Assembly (NCBI GenBank): GCA_036918135.1
Contig: JBALDB010000008.1
Location: 32,001-96,000 of the forward strand
Length of the DNA: 64,000 nucleotides
DNA from: Nostoc sp.
GTDB lineage: Bacteria; Cyanobacteriota; Cyanobacteriia; Cyanobacteriales; Nostocaceae
Direction of reading: 5' to 3'
Shown here: positions 60,501 through 64,000 of the stretch, one piece after another
Layout: the number at the start of each line of letters is the position of its first letter
Position numbering within the stretch: position 1 is the stretch's first letter
Notes under the pieces: model-generated
Told to the model about the DNA's origin: nothing
What the model saw: only the letters and a program-made list of their open reading frames with translations
Databases searched by the model: none
Program-made: the position numbers and the translations under genes

Positions 60501-62610
60501 AATCATTTTGAAATATTTCAGGCAGAGAAGCATCTTGAGGTGCGTTAGTACCATCTACGATATTGATATCGGTTGGGTCTAGCAACAAGTTACCAACAAT
60601 ACCATTTTTAACACTCAGATCGGCATTGCCACGGTAAATCAGGTTTTCCTTACCCGACACTTCGACTTTACCACCATTGCCAGAGTTCAGACCACCACGA
60701 GCGGTAATATTGCCAAAAAATCCTGTTGTCTTGTCACCCCAAACAATAACCCGTCCGCCATTGCCATTCAAATTGCTATCGGCATTAATGAGGGAGTTTG
60801 AGTCAACATAAGTCTGATCTGCGTTGGGTAAAGTCCCCTTACCTTGGTAATCGCCGCCAATTAGCACAGTACCGCCGCCATTGCTTCCAGAGGCGTTAAT
60901 ATTGGCATCAATCACCCCGACTCGTTTACCCAAAGCAATTACCGTACCGCCTGTTTGACTCGATGCATTCACTGTCCCAGAAACAATAGTTGTACCTGGA
61001 GTTGTGGGAATTGTGACATTAGAGCCTGTCAATTTTACAGTTCCATCAGGACTAGCAGTTAACCCTGTGTTACCAACTGTGAGCAATTCAGGTAAAGATG
61101 CAATGGGGATTGTCCAGTTATTGAGTTGGTTGCTACTAGAGGCGAGGGGCTGAATTTCTAGACTCAGCAGATTTCCTGGCTGACTGAGACGCACCCAATT
61201 TTGTCCTGGTACTGATGTAACGGTAATTTGCCCTCCCGGTGCCGAAAGTTGCCCGGTGTTGACTACAGTACCGCCTAATAAATTCAAATTTTGCCCACTA
61301 CCTACTACCAAATTTCCAGCATTTGCGATCGCTCCTGGCTGGTTTGTACTAAAAGCAAATCCGTTGGGGTTTCCAACTAAAGCATTGTAGTCATTCACAC
61401 CGATGGCGTTAAACCAACTGCTGCCAAAACCAATGCCGTTAGCTGTTGTCACCGTGAAAGCACCAGGTACATTTAAGCTGGCGTTTGATCCAAAAATAAA
61501 TCCGGCGGGATTCATCAAGAAGAGGTTAGAATTGCCACCTGTTACCTCAATTAAGCCGTTAATGATAGAAGGATTACCGCCTGTAACTCGACCAAGGATA
61601 TTTTGCAGCGCTGGACTGGCTTGAAAGTTGGCGATTTGTTCTGGTGAAATCCCAAATTGTTGAAAGCTGTGAAAGAGGTTTGCACCATCTTTTGAAGTTG
61701 TGCCGCCAGTGATATCAAGTCGATTGCCATTTGGTGTAACAATTGTGTTTGTCCCATCGGCAGCAGGAACTATTTTTTGTGCTTGGGCTAATCTGGGACT
61801 TAGCAGCGAGGCAATAACTAGGACTGAAGCGGCGATATTAGACAATAAAGATTTTTTGCGCCGTAATATAAAGCGACCTGTAGGCAATTCTACATCAATT
61901 TGTAACTTGTCTGCTAATCCGCGTCGCCAAAGTGCTTGAGCGATCGCCTTCTGCGACCAGAGTATTTGTTCTGTTCTTCTGGTAGTAGAGATGCTTTGAG
62001 AATGAATTCGGTAGAGATAGAGTGGCTCTTGAACCCGGCGTACCTGGGCTATTTCTGAAAGTCGTAGACATAGGTCGTATTCTTCGGTGTAGCGGAACGA
62101 CTTGTTAACACCTCCCACTCGGTCGTAAACCGATCTCCGAATCAAGCGGAAGTGAAACGTCATGAAGTTTACCAACAACCCTTCTTTGGAGTAAGGAATG
62201 TCGCAGCGATGACCGTAGCCGATAACTTTACCTTCTCGATCAATATTTAAGTAGTCAGTGTAAACAAATCCTGTTTCAGGATGGCTATTAAGTACAGTAG
62301 CAGTTTTTGCCAGAGCGGTGGGGGCTAGGATATCATCACTGTCTACCAAACCAAAGTAAGTGCCGCTAGTTTGGCTGATCGCTGCTTTAGAAGCCGCAGC
62401 AATTCCCTGATGGTGTGCTTGGACTACCCGCACTCGTCCGTCTTGTTGAGCATAGTTGTTTGCGATCGCCAGCGAGCCATCTGTAGAGCCATCATCCCAA
62501 ATTAGTAGCTCAAAATCTTGCCATGTCTGCGCTAAGACACTGGCGATCGCTTCTTGAAGATAAGCCTCCCGGTTGTAATTGACGATGATAATGGAAATCA
62601 GTGGTGACAT
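57565..62610 (-). CDS. GT2 glycosyltransferase - internal signal peptide - haemagglutinin/TPS domain - beta-helix - cadherin-like - CHAT fusion
   Basis: DDGSTD and VDSDD (GT2); RRKK..AQA-Q; NLFHSFQQF and MNPAGFIFG (TPS); HMATHADF, LSACRTA and HPYYWAGF (CHAT). Confidence 0.9.
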   Translation of the reverse strand: MSPLISIIIVNYNREAYLQEAIASVLAQTWQDFELLIWDDGSTDGSLAIANNYAQQDGRVRVVQAHHQGIAAASKAAISQTSGTYFGLVDSDDILAPTALAKTATVLNSHPETGFVYTDYLNIDREGKVIGYGHRCDIPYSKEGLLVNFMTFHFRLIRRSVYDRVGGVNKSFRYTEEYDLCLRLSEIAQVRRVQEPLYLYRIHSQSISTTRRTEQILWSQKAIAQALWRRGLADKLQIDVELPTGRFILRRKKSLLSNIAASVLVIASLLSPRLAQAQKIVPAADGTNTIVTPNGNRLDITGGTTSKDGANLFHSFQQFGISPEQIANFQASPALQNILGRVTGGNPSIINGLIEVTGGNSNLFLMNPAGFIFGSNASLNVPGAFTVTTANGIGFGSSWFNAIGVNDYNALVGNPNGFAFSTNQPGAIANAGNLVVGSGQNLNLLGGTVVNTGQLSAPGGQITVTSVPGQNWVRLSQPGNLLSLEIQPLASSSNQLNNWTIPIASLPELLTVGNTGLTASPDGTVKLTGSNVTIPTTPGTTIVSGTVNASSQTGGTVIALGKRVGVIDANINASGSNGGGTVLIGGDYQGKGTLPNADQTYVDSNSLINADSNLNGNGGRVIVWGDKTTGFFGNITARGGLNSGNGGKVEVSGKENLIYRGNADLSVKNGIVGNLLLDPTDINIVDGTNAPQDASLPEIFQNDSPAIFTISKASLESQNAAVTLAATNNITIANGVSLNFVNDGGKAIAFTADADGNGVGAFTMGIGDTIRTNGRDITISGASLSLGVINTSSFFIDEGGQFITNGNGANVTLSARGNITAGDIIATGQGYQSSSGSIIVQSTSGGITLNNLDTSNVQDPNPDFPASATAGGVTLSAAGNILTNTINSSSINGSEFGRGGDVVAKTTLGSITTGAINSSIVSPKSDPFTGTAGTVSLTARDNITVNGAIDTSATTTAGNIGTAATGGNVALETTNTFGSTIRFSSINTQSRTNVFNFELTQDTGQGGNVQVLTNGLVQGIGTINNGETDTGVTIATSKFAPFRGSPILQPIAGGGTVRIQHDGGPNNVPFTVGDASINGTAGSINTGDNFINPSNSFPVLPNGGDASGTPTGIAITSVNTPPTLTTTNTLLSSDAQVNQTLSFTFTTTTNDVNLDNTTVVIDSIQAGTLRRGNTVLAAGDTLTTGETLNYTPPTDSTGLINAFTVRASDVVSSSTPVQVAINVRPPNNRPDPAPCTFQCNSPDKPINPGSNNPNINDPVLNTDPTPEDKFTDDFGDHLGIRNPKIKTLDDAKEIARKIEEATGVKPAFMYVSFVPVEIIPERTKQLNTLSEQDSDQLEIVLVTGKGDPIRKRITETTKAKVLQVAQEFRDQIVSPQNRRRTGYLRSSQQLYRWLIAPVEADLQARKINNLVFLPDIGLRSTPMAALHDGKQFLVEKYSIGLMPSLSLTNTVYTDIRKSQILALGVSQSTQGQDPLPAVPVEISTLVSKLWQGKLLLDKQATLKNLKNVRRQQPFGIIHMATHADFATGGLSNSYIQLWEDKLRLNQLRQLRLNEPQVEMMVLSACRTALGDEESELGFAGLAVLAGVKTSVASLWSVNDSGTAALMTKFYENLRTAPIKAEALRQAQVAMAKGQIYVKDGQVQGLGAVGNLPLPADSIDEPDQSLMHPYYWAGFTMVGNPW

Positions 62611-62821
62611 CGAAGTAATCCCAGTTTTCTACCTGTTACTAGAATATAATCCTCAGGGCTTTCACTTAGGTAATCATTGCTGTTTATTATTTTTTAGTTA
62701 CAAATTTTCTTAAATTTGAATGTCAAAAATATGATATTCAGATATTCATCCACCCAAAATCAGTAAATGGTTATCAGTGAACAGATAATTGATAACTGTT
62801 CAGCCACCCCACCGAGGATCA

Positions 62822-64000
62822 ATGAAAAAAGGAACAGAAACTAGTGTTAAACCCAAAGCAATGACTCAACCAAAAATTGTCTATCTCTCTGGTCAATTAG
62901 ACACTTGGCAAAGTCTGGCAAATAATAAATGGAATCAGCACAGTTTCGGTTTCAAGTGTGGCTTGTTAATTCTGCCTGCGGTCTGGATTGTAACTGCCAA
63001 TGCACCCAGAGCTATAGCTAATAACTTTATACCAAACTCGGCTGCAAATAGCAGTTCACCAGAGTTACAAATAGTACAAACTCCAAAGCCTTCCCCGGTA
63101 ACTGAGCCTAATCAACCAGCACCAAACCCCCAATCATCGCCAGTACAACCAGAGACACCACAACGCATTCGAGTCCGCAAAATCCAGGTTGTAGATAGCA
63201 CAGTTTTTACTGAAAAGGACTGGAATCCAGTTGTCAAGCAGTTTGAACAACGAGACTTGACTTTAGAAGAAATCAGACAAGCAGCAGATGCCGTTACCCA
63301 ACTTTATCTTAATAAAGGTTATCTCAATTCCAGAGCGATTCCAGACACTCAGCAACCTAGCACCGCCGATGGTGTTGTGGTAATTCGGGTAATTGAAGGG
63401 CGTTTAGCAGAGATAGATATCGAAGGGACGCGGCGATTAAAGCCATCTTATATTCGCAGTCGCATCGAATTGGGTGCTGGTATTCCTCTAAATATTGGTA
63501 AGCTAGAAGACCAACTGAAACTATTGCGACTCGATCCCCTATTGACGAATGTAGAAGCACGTCTGCGTCCCACGGGTAGAGTTGGTGAAAGTGTTCTGGT
63601 TGTCAGAGTCCAAGAGGCAAATCCTTTAACTGGTAGTTTGGGTATAGATAATTATTCGCCTCCTGCGATTGGTGCAGAAAGATTCGGTATTGAACTGCGC
63701 GATCGCAATTTAACTGGTATGGGAGATGAATTAGCAGGCTCTTATTACCACTCGTTCAGCGGTGGTTCTGATATCTTCGATTTCAGCTATCAAGTTCCGG
63801 TGAATGCTATGGATGGCAGGGTGCAGATTAGAGCTGCATTTAATCGTAATGAGATTACTGAAGCCCCATTCAATGCGTTTGACATTCGGGCAAACCAGGA
63901 TCTTTATGAAATCAATTATCGTCAACCATTAATGCGATCGCCCAGAGAAGAATTTGCCTTATCGTTAGGATTTACTTATCAAAACGGTCAAACTTTTCTC
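62822..64000 (+). CDS. ShlB/FhaC/HecB (TpsB) outer-membrane transporter, runs off window end (absent from the ORF track)
   Basis: Hand translation: IRVRKIQVVDSTVF..AADAVTQLYLNKGYLNSRA..VIEG (POTRA), LEDQLKLL, DNYSPPAIG; ATG at 62822 or 62861. Confidence 0.9.
   Translation, partial: MKKGTETSVKPKAMTQPKIVYLSGQLDTWQSLANNKWNQHSFGFKCGLLILPAVWIVTANAPRAIANNFIPNSAANSSSPELQIVQTPKPSPVTEPNQPAPNPQSSPVQPETPQRIRVRKIQVVDSTVFTEKDWNPVVKQFEQRDLTLEEIRQAADAVTQLYLNKGYLNSRAIPDTQQPSTADGVVVIRVIEGRLAEIDIEGTRRLKPSYIRSRIELGAGIPLNIGKLEDQLKLLRLDPLLTNVEARLRPTGRVGESVLVVRVQEANPLTGSLGIDNYSPPAIGAERFGIELRDRNLTGMGDELAGSYYHSFSGGSDIFDFSYQVPVNAMDGRVQIRAAFNRNEITEAPFNAFDIRANQDLYEINYRQPLMRSPREEFALSLGFTYQNGQTFL

Noticed and set aside
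58532..61939. Plus-strand ORFs within the TpsA gene
   Set aside because: Antisense shadows of a repetitive Gly/Thr/Asn-rich coding strand
63357..63925. Two minus-strand ORFs
   Set aside because: Antisense to the TpsB gene

Overview
Chromosomal window from a heterocyst-type filamentous cyanobacterium, probably Nostoc-like. This rests on dense HIP1 GCGATCGC sites, STRR/SDR micro-repeats, xisHI and nblS. Core genes (nblS, purD, hpnP, alanine-glyoxylate aminotransferase, GH13, M20 amidohydrolase, Ser/Thr kinase, c-di-GMP enzymes) alternate with accessory or decayed segments. (1) At 0.9-13.6 kb lies an IS-scarred island with a sigma-like/DUF1822/CHAT-receptor module, an RTX metalloprotease with a double-glycine-like leader, a PEP-CTERM gene and a devBCA-type operon collapsed at a HIP1 site. 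(2) At 16.4-18.5 kb, xisHI sit beside a fused HerA-like/DruA-like defence remnant. (3) At 41.7-50.6 kb, an NHLP export cluster is split by a CNNM gene and abutted by a phage-like remnant encoding a TGT-fold (DpdA-like) protein. (4) At 57.5-64 kb, a two-partner secretion locus has a passenger that is one ORF fusing a GT2 glycosyltransferase, an internal signal peptide, a haemagglutinin TPS domain and a CHAT protease. No rRNA, tRNA or CRISPR array was seen. All family calls come from motif recognition by eye; no searches were run.
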